Origin: Octopus sinensis | Lineage: Eukaryota | Direction: 5' to 3' | Length of the DNA stretch: 64,000 nucleotides | Assembly (NCBI RefSeq): GCF_006345805.1 | Contig: NC_043010.1 | Location: 49,166,001-49,230,000 of the forward strand | Part shown: positions 12,986 through 26,659 of the stretch, piece after piece | Layout: each line of letters starts with the position of its first letter | Numbering within the stretch: position 1 is the stretch's first letter | Made by a program: the position numbers and the translations under genes | Notes under the pieces: generated by a model | Databases searched by the model: none | Seen by the model: the letters and a program-made list of their open reading frames with translations, nothing else | Told to the model about the DNA's origin: nothing

Positions 12986-13369
12986 TTAGAAAAGCCATCT
13001 GCATGGCACTTTGGGCAAATGTCTTCTACAATAGCCCTGGGTTGACTAAAGCCTTGTGAGTTTATGCGTAGGAAGAAAGAGAAAGGGTGTGTGTGTGTGT
13101 GTCTGCCTCAACAAATTCTGTCCAACCCATGAAAGCATGGAAAAGTAGGTACTAAAACAACAACGATGATAATACATAGTGACTATTCTTTAGATTAAGT
13201 AATGAAGAAAGAGATGTAATTATACATGAAACAAGCCAAATAAGAAATATATATGAGTTATGAAAAAAATCATTTGGCTTTGCAAAATAATTCAACAAAT
13301 ATATAAATGCCTCAAAATAAATAAAACACAATAGCCCTAAACAGTCCTCGCATTTGTATAAATTTTGAA

Positions 13370-13738
13370 TTTATCTTTTACTTGTTTCAGTCATTAGACT
13401 GCAGCCGTGCTGGAGCACTGCCTGAAAGAATTTTAGTCAAACTTATCAACCCGAAGTACTTATATTTTGTAAAGCCCGGTACTTATTCTATTGTTTTCTT
13501 TTGCTGAACCGCTAAGTTATAGGGATGTAAATACACGAACACCAGTTGTTAAGCAGTAGAGTGGAGACACACACTTGGTCTCCTTTCAGTTTCCATCTAC
13601 CAAAACCATTAAATAAGGCTTTGTTGACGACATATGGCCATAGCAGAAGACACTTGCCCAAGGTGCCATGCAGTGGGACTGAACCCAGAACCATGTAGTT
13701 GGGAAGCAAACTTCTTATAATACAACCACGCCTACACC
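13370..13738 (-). mobile_element. SINE family B
   Basis: Reverse-complement match from head to tail. Confidence 0.8.
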
Positions 13739-13795
13739 TAATGAAGATTATACATCATTACATCTTATAAATTGGCCCATTTTGATCTTGTGTAA

Positions 13796-13968
13796 CTCTT
13801 AAGCATTCAGATAACTGTCAAATGTAATGCTTATTATTTATTCACATTCTCTTGGATTAATTATGCCTTATGTCATAGCTTCAAGATTTTGATGATGTAC
13901 TTGTTTAGGATCAGTTTGTTCAAACACAAAACAAGCAGAATATTTTGGCTGGATAAACTGCTAAAGGG
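13796..13968. mobile_element. Family D MITE, internally deleted
   Basis: AGCATTCAGAT..CTGTCAAATGTAATGC body and CTAAAGGG|TTAA end. Confidence 0.7.
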
Positions 13969-14261
13969 TTAACTCGACTTTATAATACGGACATATCTCC
14001 ATTCATGAAATTCTCTTCCAAAAATTGCCAAATAATGAAATTTTTTTTTAACATTTCATAAAAAAAATTACCTTTGAACTTTATCCAGTATTGGCTAAAT
14101 TGCATCTGTCGTATAATGTCAGCATTTAAAAAAGAATTTTTTTTATAGAAAATCAATTTGATTTTGATAACGATATACTTAATTTTACTACTGTGTTGTC
14201 AGAGGATAAAAACTGTTCCAGTGATGATTTGTTAAAAGCCATGTAAACGTTCTATTCTTTT

Positions 14262-14520
14262 TCTTTTATCTTTTACTTGCGTCACTCATTAGACTGCAAT
14301 CATGCTGGGGCACTGCCTTAGAGAATTTTCAGTTGAACAAATTGACCCCCAGTGGTAGGGGAGGAGACAAAGACACACACACTTATGCTGGGTTTCTTTT
14401 ACTTTCCATTCCCCAAATCCACTCACAAAGTTTTGGTCAGCCCAGGGCTACAGTAGAAAACACATGCCTAAGGTGCCACACAGTGGGACTGAACCTAGAA
14501 CCACACAACCATGCCTGCAC
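14262..14520 (-). mobile_element. SINE family B, internally deleted
   Basis: Head and tail motifs are present on the minus strand. Confidence 0.7.
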
Positions 14521-14779
14521 TTATAATGCATTCTTTTTATTTAAAAAAAAATCTTGGGGGTTTATTTGTTTTGAAGGCTGCTTGAGAGTGCGGAACATGA
14601 AGCCATATCTAATGCAAACATGACAAACATTCTACCACTGACTACTACAGGCAACCTTGGACTTTTCCTATTCAAAGGGTTTTTAAATCCAATATGCACA
14701 TACTTATCTATAGCTTTAGCTACTTTGAGTTTTAACATTGCAAAAAAGAATTTTATATATATATCTATATATAAACACA

Positions 14780-14980
14780 GTCACCATGATAGATCGTTAG
14801 CCATTACACACATTTTTTTCTCTCCTTGCTTCTCTCTTTGTTTTTTCTGTGTCCCTTTCTGTAGAAGAGCGTAGGCTCGAAACGTAAAAGACTTTTTCTA
14901 TTCCTGAGCATTATACTAATACATCTGTTTGTTTTGTACACCACCTGTCTTCGTCTTTTGTTTTTTTTCGTAAACTCTCC
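14780..14980 (+). mobile_element. ~200-bp Penelope-pLTR-like element with hammerhead-like motif and 15-bp flanking direct repeat
   Basis: CTATATATAAACACA at 14765-14779 and 14981-14995; internal CTGTAGA-A-GAGC(gtag)GCTC-GAAA-CG-TA. Confidence 0.7.
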
Positions 14981-16574
14981 CTATATATAAACACACATGG
15001 GTTGATTCATTCAACTAAAAATTCTTCAAGGTGGTGCCACAGCATGGCCGCAGACTGAAACCAGTGAAGGATGAAAGGCATGCACACACAGACACACACA
15101 CTACATATGTTACTTTTGCAGGCAAATCCTATAAATGGTGAATAAATGAAACGCAGCTGCAGTTGGTACCAACAGCAAAGCTTCTATATGGTTGTTCAAC
15201 CTACTAGAAATAGTAGTACACAACACCACCACCCAAAAGAGAGAGAGAAAGAGAGGCATGATGGTCATGGCTATAATGCTTAATATGAACAACAACAATA
15301 AATAAAATATAAACATCACAAAAATCAAACCCCAGAAATACGTAACTTAAAATCTATCTAATTTCTAATGAAAGCGTTAAATCAAATTGCACCTGACTCC
15401 AAATACTGTATTTTTTTGTTTTCTTCGTGGATAAATGTTTAATGAAGTTAATAATGATGCTGTTCCGTTTTAAGAGCAAAACATGTGGCAGAGTCCCTAT
15501 AGCGTATTCCCAGAATAACTCAGATAAATATAGAAGGTATAAAAATAATACATCCCAGGTGAATTCAGTATTATTAGAATTATTTTTTTCTTTTTTTTTT
15601 CACAAGAGAGTAGGGGAGTACTTTTTTTCTTTTTATGTGAACCTTCACAAAGTAATTATGAAATCTATTTATAAAGATGGGTGAATTTATGTCTTAAAGT
15701 AAGTATGTCTGGCTGGCATTGCAGGGTGGTCTGACTGTAAAAAGGCATGCTTGACTATATATGTCAATGTATGTATATAACCATGAGTAGGCATGAAAAA
15801 AAAAAAAATATATATATATATATATATAGAGTGAGAGAGGGGGTGAAAGAGAGAGATTTATACAGCATACACATCAGAGGTGGAGGAGAGAGGGAGACTT
15901 GTACAAGTTTAGGTGTATCTCTAAACAAATCTTATTTTTCTGAAAACCTAACTATGCTCCAGTTTTAACTTATAACTCAGGAGTTTCAACATTTTCTTAG
16001 CAATTCTTTGTGCTTTGACTCAAACAATATATTTCCAAGGCCTTTCACCTTGCCAGTCTTCAAGCCAAAATTACTTTCGTGACCGTCATAGCTATTATTT
16101 TTATCCTAACACTTGGATCATAAGAAACAATGTCCCATTGGTTTCTTATTTACTATCAATGAGCTTAAAATTTATTCAAGCATTGATGTCAGGTTTCTTT
16201 CAACAGTAAATAATTCAGTTTCTCTGGGTGTGCTACATTGATGTTGAGGTTTTGGGTCACATTGTTTCAGTATAGCTTTCCTGTCAAACATCTAGTTTTG
16301 GAGGAAAAAATGAATTTTTTTGTATTCAGGTATCTAACATAAATGTATATATAGTTCAGAAGTCATGTGGTTCTAGATTTGATCTCATTACACAGCATTT
16401 TAGGCAAGTGTCTACTGGAGCCTCAAGTATACCAATAACTTGCAAATAGCACTTGTTAAATGGAAACTGTGAGGAAGCTCAATGCATGTATGTGTTTATA
16501 CTAAGTTTTACATACACACACTTATATCAGTAAGTAATACAGCCATTATATAATATATATATATATATATACTT

Positions 16575-16970
16575 TACCTTTTTAACTGTTTCAGTCATTA
16601 GACTGCAGCCATGCTGGAGCAGTGCCTTGAAGAATTTTTAGTTGAATGAATACACCCTAGTACTTATTGTTTCATTTTTTAAAGTTTTTTTTTAAACCTT
16701 GTCTTTGTTGCTAAACTGCTAAGTTACAGGGACATAAACACACCAACACTGGTTGTCAAGCGGTGGAGGATGGACAAACACACATACACGCACACAAATA
16801 TATAAATGACAGACTTCTTTCAGTTTCTTTCTACCAAATCCAATCACAATGCTTTGGTCAGTCCAAGACTATAATAGAGGGCACTTGCCCAAGGTGCCAC
16901 ACAGTGGGGCTGAACCCAGAATCATGTGATTGGGAAGCAAGTTCTTACCACACAGCCACACCTGCACCTG
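16575..16970 (-). mobile_element. SINE family B
   Basis: Full-length reverse match; a + strand B fragment lies at about 16355-16480. Confidence 0.8.
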
Positions 16971-17618
16971 TTTATATATATATTTGATTAATGAGAGATG
17001 GAAGCTACGGGAATGTTGATTAATCTTCAGTTTACATCTGGTTCTAAGCTGGCATGGGTTGGAGGACTGTGTCCTGTCTCAATATCTCAATTCTGGTACA
17101 GTTTCTATTGCTGGATGCCATTCTAATACCAAACACTCTGCAGAATGTACTGGGTTACCCTCAAGGTATCATGTTCCAGAAGATGTATACATGAACAAAC
17201 ATGTATTTGGAAGCATAAGAAACAAATATTTGGATATATAAAACATATCAAAGAGTGTAAATATACTGTCAAAGAACATGAGATTTTAAAGAATGAGTGA
17301 GCGTGTGTGTGAAAAATAATCAAGTAAAAAATGCTCTAAGGCAATTGTACTGAAGACAACGACCCAGTTTCAATACATGACTTTAATTATTTGTGTTATG
17401 TCATGGAATAGTAAAATGTGAACATTACATCTTATTACTCTGCCTTTCAAGGTTCCAGGCTACATTTATAAGCGAGAAACAATATTAATTGATCTACGCT
17501 GGAAAAACATTATCATCTGGAACAACAAAAGACAAAAAGGTGATAATCTCTGACGGAAAGTGAACAAACCACATCTATGACTGTGTTTGCAGTCAAGTTA
17601 TTTGTATTTAGAATTTGA

Positions 17619-17650
<32 letters not shown>

Positions 17651-17984
17651 ATACATGATGAAAAAGTGGAGTATAACTTAAATGCTTCAATTAGGTTTGC
17701 CTTTATTCTGAGTAAAATTCCTTAGGATTTAGCAGCTTTCTATTTAACCTCCTAAAAGGGATCAGGGTTCGATAAATTAAGTAACTAAAGACTATATGTG
17801 TTTATGTGTATGAAGAAAATGGCCAATTGAATACATTACCAGATTAACAACCTAATCATCTTGAGTTCAAATCCACTACAGGTATTTTATTCCAAGCTAT
17901 CAGTTATAGGTCCACAGATTATCTGAGAAAGATTTATCTCACAGCCACTTAACACCTTTAAACCAGAGCAAAACACCCGCTAAA

Positions 17985-18202
17985 CCCTTTAGCATTCAGA
18001 TTACTCTGTCAAATGTAATGCTTATTTATTCCCATTGTTTTGAATTAACCATGGATTATCTTGTAGCTTTGAGATTTTCATGATGTGATTGATTATTTTT
18101 AGAAGGACATTGCAGAGTAAGTGTGAGAGGTTGCATCTGGCTGGTTTGAATATAAAACAAGTAGAATTTTTAGGCACCATATGACTGTTTGAATGCTAAG
18201 GG
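17985..18202. mobile_element. Family D MITE
   Basis: CCCTTTAGCATTCAG...GAATGCTAAGGG; flanking TTAAs are degenerate. Confidence 0.8.
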
Positions 18203-18284
18203 CTAGAACTACAGTACAGGCTAGAATTACATCTATACACCAATACTTCACTTATCCACTAAACACCTCATGCCTTATTATTTT

Positions 18285-18710
18285 AGCAGCCACTTTTCCA
18301 TGCTTGCAAAGGTCACACAGCACTTATTGAGGTAAATCTTTTACAACTAGACATCCTTCCTGTTGCCAACCCTCACCTGTTCCCAATTCCAAGCAAAGTA
18401 CATTTCCCTGCTGGCCAGACATGTACTTTGCAGACTATTGGAAATGAATGCCATTCATTTATAGCAATCACATGATGTCAAAAGACAAGGGGACACAAAC
18501 ATTCACAGGCATAATACACACACAGACAGACATGCACATGCACACACACAGAGCAAGTTTCTTTCAGTTTCCATATACCAAATCTATTTCCGAGGCTTTA
18601 GTCAGCCAGAGGTCACAGTAGAAAATATTTAAAGTGTCACGTAGCGAGACTAAATTTGAAACCACAAGATTTGGAAGCAAACTTCTGTAGCACACAACCA
18701 TGCCTGCATC
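18285..18710 (-). mobile_element. SINE with family B head and RTE-type tail (family G)
   Basis: B head at 18555-18710, (TG)n, a distinct body, then CAGGAAGG..TCTAG..GTAAAA and GCAAGCATGGAAAAGTGG tail. Also at 48065-48415(-) and 51480-52040(+). Confidence 0.7.
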
Positions 18711-19679
18711 TTAATATCTTTTTTTAAACAACTATAAAAATGAAAACTTAAGAATTGCACACAAAAAAATGCTAAACCTTTATAATGATTCATCTTAAAA
18801 CTTTTGAATTAACTCACCATTCCAATGAAGATTACTAATTTAGCTAATTTCTAGACCTAGTGCATCTCAACACAACATAGCTAATGAAAATAGCCATTGA
18901 GCAGGGTGCTACAACTCTAGTGACTTTTTAAAATAATGTTGCTAGTTTCATTGTAAGTGGTTTAGTCATTTTAATTAATTAGATGAACTTATCACATTCC
19001 ATGGCAAAATGATAATTTCAAGGATTAAACATATTTAGGAATTTAGAAATGGCCATAAGCAGTAGTCATAGTCAAGAATGTAACAACCACATATAACACA
19101 CGTGTATGTGAATTTGCTTCTTAATGATTAGATATTAGGAAACAATGGAATTGTTAAGGTTTTCTGTGCATGCATGCACATGCATGTATGTATGTGTATG
19201 CATGTATTTCAGTTGAGGAATGCTGAGAATATACATATCTACACACAAACACCCACACAAAGCTCTGAGGCACTAATTTTAGAGTCATTCTATGTATATG
19301 TTTATATCACAACTTCACTGTTGATTAGCCTCCAGTGCTGAAGGTGGAGCCTAAAATGCAGTATTTCATGTGTACACATACCTAAGTGCATGCATGCATA
19401 CAGAATCAATAATTAAATCTGTAAATTTATTTGGAGAAATATAATTATCACACAAAGTAACAACCTTGCTAACCTTTCCAATTGCCTGTAGAAATCTTTT
19501 AATTTTTGTTTAGTTCTCTGTCAGAAACAATTGAGAACTTTTGTAGTACATTGTTTTAGCACTAGGTGTACTGTTACTTAACTGCGTTCAGATTTAATGT
19601 TATACACTGTATTTTATTCAGCTAAATGGTAGTATTGTTAACAAATCTTACAAGTATTTAAAGCATTTTTGCCAAAATT

Positions 19680-19860
19680 ATGACTAACACTATCATATAT
19701 ACCAGCTTAACTATCAACACTGCCACAGACACCACAAGCACCAATAAACATTACCATCAATTCTATAATCACCACCACAACCATCAACATCACAAATACT
19801 GCCTCTTCAACTAACAACACTATGACAATTCTAACCAATACCACCACAACTATTCATCAT
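19680..19860. repeat. Degenerate (CAC/CAA)n low-complexity tract
   Basis: Seen directly. Confidence 0.7.
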
Positions 19861-21183
19861 TGAAGGCCTTGATAAATGTAATGCTATCCTATATTCCATC
19901 TTGTAAACTCCATCTCAAATTCCATCATATAATCTCCACTTGCAAATCAAGACCTTTAAGCATTCATCATCATTGTTTAACATCTGCTTTCCATGCTGGC
20001 ATGGGTTTGATGAGCCATCCCTGTAATAAATGTTAATACCACAAATACCATTAGTTATATTTCTAATGATAAACACAGTCCATGTGTTTAAATTTTTTTT
20101 TTAAATGAAGTATTTGGAAGAGTTTAAAATAACCTTGATCATTATTAAGCTGATGTTTGGAACCTACTTAAAAGGTTCTTATACAAGATTGATGACAGAA
20201 GGCTTACATTTAAATATTTTAAAATAGACAGTTTTGTATCACAGAGCCATAGGCAATCTCCAACAAGTTATCAAAGGGGTCAATGTTCTATATAGAAATA
20301 AAATACACACTGCAAGACTGTTTCTCAGTTTAAAAACTCTGCATGTAATATGGTGTGTGATGTATTTAGGGTTAAAAACAAAAATGTAACAACATTAATC
20401 CATATGTGATAAACCAATTGCAGCATAGTACAGACATAGATTATGGCTTTTCAAACACTTGTTTCACAAACCATAAAACATCAGAATTTTGATTTTCTTT
20501 ACAATGTCCTATAAACATTAACATTAAAGAAAATTAGGATAAATGTCTAGCAAAATAAAAAAAAAATTAAAAATTAAAAACATGATTTAAAAAGCAGAAA
20601 AAAAAAAATGAGAAAAAAAAAAATGTGCACCAAGAATTTTTCTTTCATATCAACAGCTGCAGATTAACGTTAAACTTTCCAATCTAAACTCAGTAGAAAT
20701 TGATGAGAGAAAAATCAATAGCTTAGCAATTAGATATAAATACAAGTTCGGAAATTCAGTTAAGTATAGATTATTTGAGATAGCATCATACTAGATCTGA
20801 CACAGACTCCTGCCACTAAGCTTTTGTTCTTGTGGGTTAGAGAGAGAGAATGGGAAAAAGAGACGAAACGACAGACATTCCATTCATTATATGTGAAAAT
20901 AAAATAATAATTAAAAGCATGCAGCTCATGCTTGGTTCATGAACTTTAAAGTTTATACTATATTTATGGAGAATAATAAAATGAACTAAACTCCCCTCAT
21001 TCAACATCATATTGCTAATAGGTTGCATGCAATTCAAAATAAAAACTTGGCAAGAAGACATGTGTAGTACAATATGTAGACAGCTATATCAATGTGAAAT
21101 TGAAACAGCAGTGTCGACAGAACCCTTAGTGTTAAGATAGAGTATGGTTTAAAGGATGGAGAAATCTATTGGATAATCTAATC

Positions 21184-21419
21184 CAGCAGTTCTCAACCAG
21201 GGTCCATATAAGATTTTTGTGGTTAAAATTTACGTGCAATAAATTATTTATACTTCTACAATACACAAAATATTTTAATTTCTTCATACAATTCCTAATA
21301 ATATTTAGTTATAAAACAATAGGATTTTTTTTATTGATACATTGAGTGGCTATGGAGATCCAGTAGAGTAAAATGGGAATGAAAGGGGTCCATGGGCAAA
21401 AAATGGTAGAGAACTACTG
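21184..21419. mobile_element. hAT/Charlie-like MITE
   Basis: TIR CAGCAGTTCTC / GAGAACTACTG; perfect 8-bp TSD ATCTAATC at 21176-21183 and 21420-21427. Confidence 0.85.
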
Positions 21420-23736
21420 ATCTAATCCAATTTTAAGACATTTTGATAATCCGAGAAAGATGTTTAACAATCGTTCACAGACCATCAAATCTATAGATTG
21501 CATATGGTTTTCATCGCCATATCAAGCCAATCTTATTGATGGATATACTCCCTTGCCCTCCACCCCATTTACTCCCTTTTTTGTTGGGTGATAAGAATTA
21601 GAATAACTAAGATAAACAGATGGCAAATAAGAAAGTCATTGTTTCATTAGACGAAGAGGTTAATTAATGACCCAAGAACCAGAACAACCCATAACCCATT
21701 AGCATTTAAACCAGCTGTAAAAGACACACAACTAGACTTGCTGAGTCAATGCGAAAACCTCTACATCATCAGTTCTCAAACAGGGGCTACACAACACCAT
21801 GTAAAATAACAACTTGGGAATCCACAGACATAGAAAAGCAGACATTAAAATAATGATGATGATCAGGTGCAAATGTTAGACCAAACCTACTGGTCAAGAC
21901 CAGGCACAGTTCATTCGACAAGCTTCTATAGTTACTGTCTACCCAACTTCACTCACATGGTTTGAGATACCCCTGCAGCTATTATAGAAGATATCTGCTC
22001 AAGATGCTGCTTAATAGGATTAAAGCCAGAACCGTATGGCTGTGTTAAGTGAACTTCTTAGCCATAAAGCTTTGCCTGCACTTGTTGAACAGAAGTCAAA
22101 TCACGGATAAATTGTAAAAAGAGCAAATTAGGTCAAAACAGTAAATATCTCCAACTACTTCACCTTGATATTTTCAATGCCCATGAATGTTGTATAACAA
22201 AGAACAAGGTACGACAAAAAATATCATGGATCCTCATCGGTTTGAGTAGAACAGACCAGTAAAGTAACTTTCCTCATACCATCCCCATGCTTCGCTATTT
22301 TCTTATTGCAATGTTACAATTCAATATCGGACTTAAACACTTTATCTCAAACCATCAGTGGGCTTACTCCCATCATATTACTATTAGTTTAAATACCAAC
22401 ATGCGTAATCTATTTGATGTGACTTTTGTCAATGTTTCAAAAGTCATAAAATAATACTTCATCACATTATCACCAAATCTATTAGCTTTTAGTCATTTTA
22501 TATTTTATTTTTGTCTTCTGGGTACTGTTTTTAAGTTTACTCTTCAAACCTACACATTTTATAATTTCTATATCATCATTGTAAACATTATGTTCTCGTA
22601 TCGCCCAGACCAACTCTAATCAAACATGATTATGATGAAAGGTAATTCAGTCATGACCATCCCACCATTTTTTTTCCATGTAAGACACTGCACTGCTTGG
22701 TGTGTATTCCACATTTTTTTTTACAATGGTACAGTATGATCTGAAAGGGAGACAAGCAGACCAGACAACCACAAAGGGTCCCACTTTAGCTCAACTATAA
22801 ACATTGTTATAGTCTCAAGTAAATTGCTGTAAGTGATTGCTTCAATCTAGGTGAAGGAATATGGACCAGACACATGCCATAAATCAGCCACACCAAATGT
22901 TTATTACCAAAACTTGCCAGACCATCCAATCATGGAACAAAACTGTCATTCTTCTTCTTTGTAAAAAAAAAATAGAAAATGGTAATATACTTCATAATTA
23001 ATGAAACTGACAGTCTTAAAGATGAATTATATATAGCTGTGTGTGTGTGTGTGAACATTTCACTGATGTGCTCTCCTTCCCATAAGAAACTTGAAATAAT
23101 GGAAGCTTTAAAAAATCATAATTATCCTACAAGATAAGCACTTCGTTAGTACTACTACATTATATATACAGACACACACAGCACATAAGTACACGCACAA
23201 CATCCACACATACATTTACATACATACACACCTGCATGAGCGACAACCACAGTTTCAGGTTTGTTCTGAGTACACTGCAGCTGAGACAAATATCTTCTAC
23301 CATAGCCTTATAAGTGAATTTTGGTAAATGAAACTGTGTTGAAGCTCATTGCATAAATACCAGAGTTATGTACTGGGATTGAACTATTCGACTAAAAGAT
23401 TCCCTTCAAAGCATGGCCAAAGTCCAGTGACAGAAACAACAAAAAGATAGATGTAAGAACTGCAAACTTTGCAAGCTGCAGTACAGACAGCCTGTCTATG
23501 AGAGCAACATATCTGAATTCAAAAAGGCAATACAACAAAGAAGGGAATCTTTATTGACACAGTAGACCACCTCCCATGTGCAAGAGGCACAATAAAATGC
23601 ATTAAATCCATGTGTAAAATATTTTGCAATAAAGAAATCCCTTTAGCATTCAGATTATTTTGTCATATGTAATGATTATTTATTCACATTGTTATTAATT
23701 TATCATGCATCAACTTGTAGCTTCAAAATGTTGATT

Positions 23737-24326
23737 GTAGAGAGATCCTGTGGAAGAGGTAGACCCAGGAAGATGTGGGATGAGGTGGTGAAATATGCTC
23801 TTTGGCTGGTGAGTCTCATGGAGGTGATAACAAGTGACCGAGACTTCTGGTGATTTGTTGTGTTTGAGAAGACACGTCAAGCCAAGTGAAATCCTGGTAG
23901 TGACCAGTGACATGTGTAAAAGGCACCCAGCAAACTCTGTAGAGTGGTTGGTATTAAGAAGGGCATCCAGTTGTAGAAACCAAGCCAAAACAGGCTAGAG
24001 CCTGCAACTCTCAGGCTTACCTGCCTCCAGTCACACCATCAAACCCAGGAGTTCTCAACCAGGGTCTATATATGGCCCCTGGGGGCATGTAAGATTTTGT
24101 TAAAGTATTTTGTGTATTGTAAAAGTGTAACCAATAAATTTTAACAATTTTTTAATACAATTCCTTATGATATTTAATTCTGAAACTATAATAGGATTTT
24201 TTTAAACACTGAATGGCTACGAGGATCCAGTAGAATAAAACAGGAATCAAAGAGGTCTACAGGCAAAAAAATGGATGAGAATCACTGGTCTAACCCAACA
24301 TGGAAAACAAACGTTAAATGATGATG
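23737..24326 (+). mobile_element. 5'-truncated RTE LINE: ORF C-terminus plus 3'UTR
   Basis: 23737-23889 reads VERSCGRGRPRKMWDEVVKYALWLVSLMEVITSDRDFW*FVVFEKTRQAK* (RTE-type GRPR..W...D...W motif), followed by the family A tail. Confidence 0.85.
24046..24287. mobile_element. hAT/Charlie-like MITE nested in the RTE tail
   Basis: Homologous to 21184-21419; TSD ATCAAACC / GTCTAACC (6 of 8 match). Confidence 0.8.
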
Positions 24327-24659
24327 AATGACACTGTGGAGTAGGTGTGTGTGTGGCTAGATTTGGCCAGTTTGAACAAAAAAACAGGTAACATATTTAG
24401 GCCAGATATGGCCAGTTTAAATGCCAAAGAGTTAAAACCCACAGTAAAAATTATGACATACACATAAAAGATGGTCAGTTTTCTCTTGCTGTGTATTCCA
24501 ATTGACAAAGGATTGTGACAAGAGGCAAGATGGTGTGAAAGACACCCAACACTTGACGGCATGTTAAAAATAATTAAAAAATTAATGTGGACTGATGATG
24601 TGAGAGTATAAAGGTGTGTGTGTATGACTGAATGAATATGTGAGTGCCCCAAACAAGCT

Positions 24660-24835
24660 TCAACATATAATGCACAATGTACTTTCCTTCTCCTGTTACC
24701 CTCACTGTGACTACTTTTCCAGACCCAACCTTCATTTCCAGAACTGCAATTCTCTGAAATCCTCTCTCAGGCCATGTTTTCTCAAGAGGCCAAGTTGACC
24801 AGCAACCATATGCATCTCAGCAATCTCAGAGGACT
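24660..24835 (+). pseudogene. Decayed CR1/Jockey-like LINE 3' remnant
   Basis: Reads FISRTAIL*NPLSGHVF, resembling the SF.PRT..LWN.LP..VF end motif. Confidence 0.45.
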
Positions 24836-25542
24836 TGCAAAGGTCATGGACACAGCTGCTCTTCTGCATATCTTATAAAGTATATACAGAGAGAGAGAGA
24901 GAGAGAGAGATAGAGAGAAAGTGTGTGTGTGTATTACATGTGCTTGCTTCATCTGTAGTCATTTTGTTATCTCTTTACAACAGTAACAGTATGAAGTAAA
25001 ATAACGAAAAAGTCTGATGCTGAAGTTCTCTGAAAACACACGATAACATTTATGGTTGTTTTTAGACTTCCATATTTTCAAATAGTGTGTGTGTGCATGT
25101 GTGTGGTTCTCAATTTTATTCCTTTGGCAAGTAACTTGATCTGAGACTAGACACGAAAAACCAGTCTTAATTGTACAATATTACGAAATATTAAAAAGTC
25201 TTGTTATATTTCTGCAAATGACAACTAGCAAATTTTTGATAATGCTCAGGTGTTTTCTTAAACTAACACCTTGTCTTCTCTAGTTTGGTTCCACTGCATC
25301 AGATTATTATGTAAAATAATTCTTTTGTGTTCTGGCCAGTTGTGTTCTTGTTCATGAATGAATTTACTTTCCATTGTGTTTTTTTATTAATTTAAGTTTG
25401 CCTGTCTAGTGTATTGTTGCTTTTAGACTTTGAACCACTTGATCCTTTGTTACTTTCAAATTAAATTGTTTTTCCCTATCTGTCATTATTTCAAATTATC
25501 TTTTTTTAATAATAGTTCAAAATATATATATATATATTTTTG

Positions 25543-25873
25543 CATGGCTGAGCAGTTAAGAAGCATGCTTTGTAGCCATGTGAATTTGGATTTAATCACA
25601 CAGTGCAGCACCTTGGACTTGTCTAATGAGTTATGAGTGAATTAGAAACTGTGTGGAAGCCTGTCATGAGTGTGTGTGTGTGTGTCCTACTACCACAACT
25701 AGACAACTAGTGTTGGTTTGTTTGTCTATAACTTAGTAGTTCTGCAAAAGAAACCACTAAAATGAGTAGCATTCTTTAATAAGTACTAAAGTCAATTTGT
25801 TCGCCTAAACTCTTCAAGGTGGTGCTCCAGCATGGCCATAATTCAATGACTAAAACAAGTAAAGGATAAAAGA
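25543..25873 (+). mobile_element. SINE family B
   Basis: Head, (TG)n and tail motifs. Confidence 0.75.
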
Positions 25874-25887
25874 TCAGTACTATTTAA

Positions 25888-26101
25888 CCCTTTAACATTC
25901 AAATTACTCTGTCAATTGTAATGCTTATTCATATTGTATTGAATTAATTATGCATTATCTTGTAGCTTCAAGATTTTAATGTGATAGGTTATTTAAAGAA
26001 GGGCATTGGAGGGTATGTGTGAGAGGCCAAATCTAGGCAGTTTAAACATAAAACAAGGCAGAATATGTGGGCTAGATATGGCTGGTTCAAATACTAAAGG
26101 G
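25888..26101. mobile_element. Family D MITE
   Basis: TTAA|CCCTTTA...TAAAGGG|TTAA. Confidence 0.85.
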
Positions 26102-26371
26102 TTAATAGCAAATTCCTCCTATGGAGGAACTGACTATCTTACAAAATATACCAATAGGATATTGCCCTTACTGGAGAACATAACAGAATACCCAAACCAT
26201 GTTTAATTCTTCTCACCTTATAGAAAAACCTTTGAGAAACACACTTATTAAATCATTAAAAAAAATCTTGCTATATAAAAAACTGTCAAACTGAACATTT
26301 TAATGGCAGACCTTGAAAGAATAGTGAAGAATGTGTCACACATGTGACCTCATGAATAATGGCAGTATATA

Positions 26372-26642
26372 CTTTTACTTGTTTTGGTCATTTGACTGTG
26401 GCCATGCTGGAGCACTGCCACGAAGGGACTTTAGTCAACTAATCGACCCAAGGACATTTTTTAAGCCTAGTACTTATTCTATCAGTCTCTTTTGCTGAAT
26501 TGCTAAGTTATAGGAACATAAACACAGAACATCGCTTGTCAAGCAGTGATGGGGTGGTGGACAAATACAAAGAACACACACATATATATATATATAAAGA
26601 CGTGTTTCAGTTTCTATCTACCAAATCCACCCACAAAGCTTT
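26372..26642 (-). mobile_element. SINE family B (3' two-thirds)
   Basis: Reverse match. Confidence 0.75.
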
Positions 26643-26659
26643 ATCATGATATATAGTTA

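Larger units (their letters stand above)
23639..24431. mobile_element. Family D MITE split by an RTE insertion
   Basis: Left half 23639-23736; right half 24327-24431 ending AAAGAG|TTAA. Confidence 0.75.

Noticed and set aside
16005-16260. Possible CR1-like RT remnant (ISKAF-like motif); similar hints at 3140-3300 and 61020-61170
   Set aside because: Too decayed to support without a translated search.
17349-17382. CTGAAGA-CAAC...GTT hammerhead-like start
   Set aside because: The GAAA half of the core is missing.
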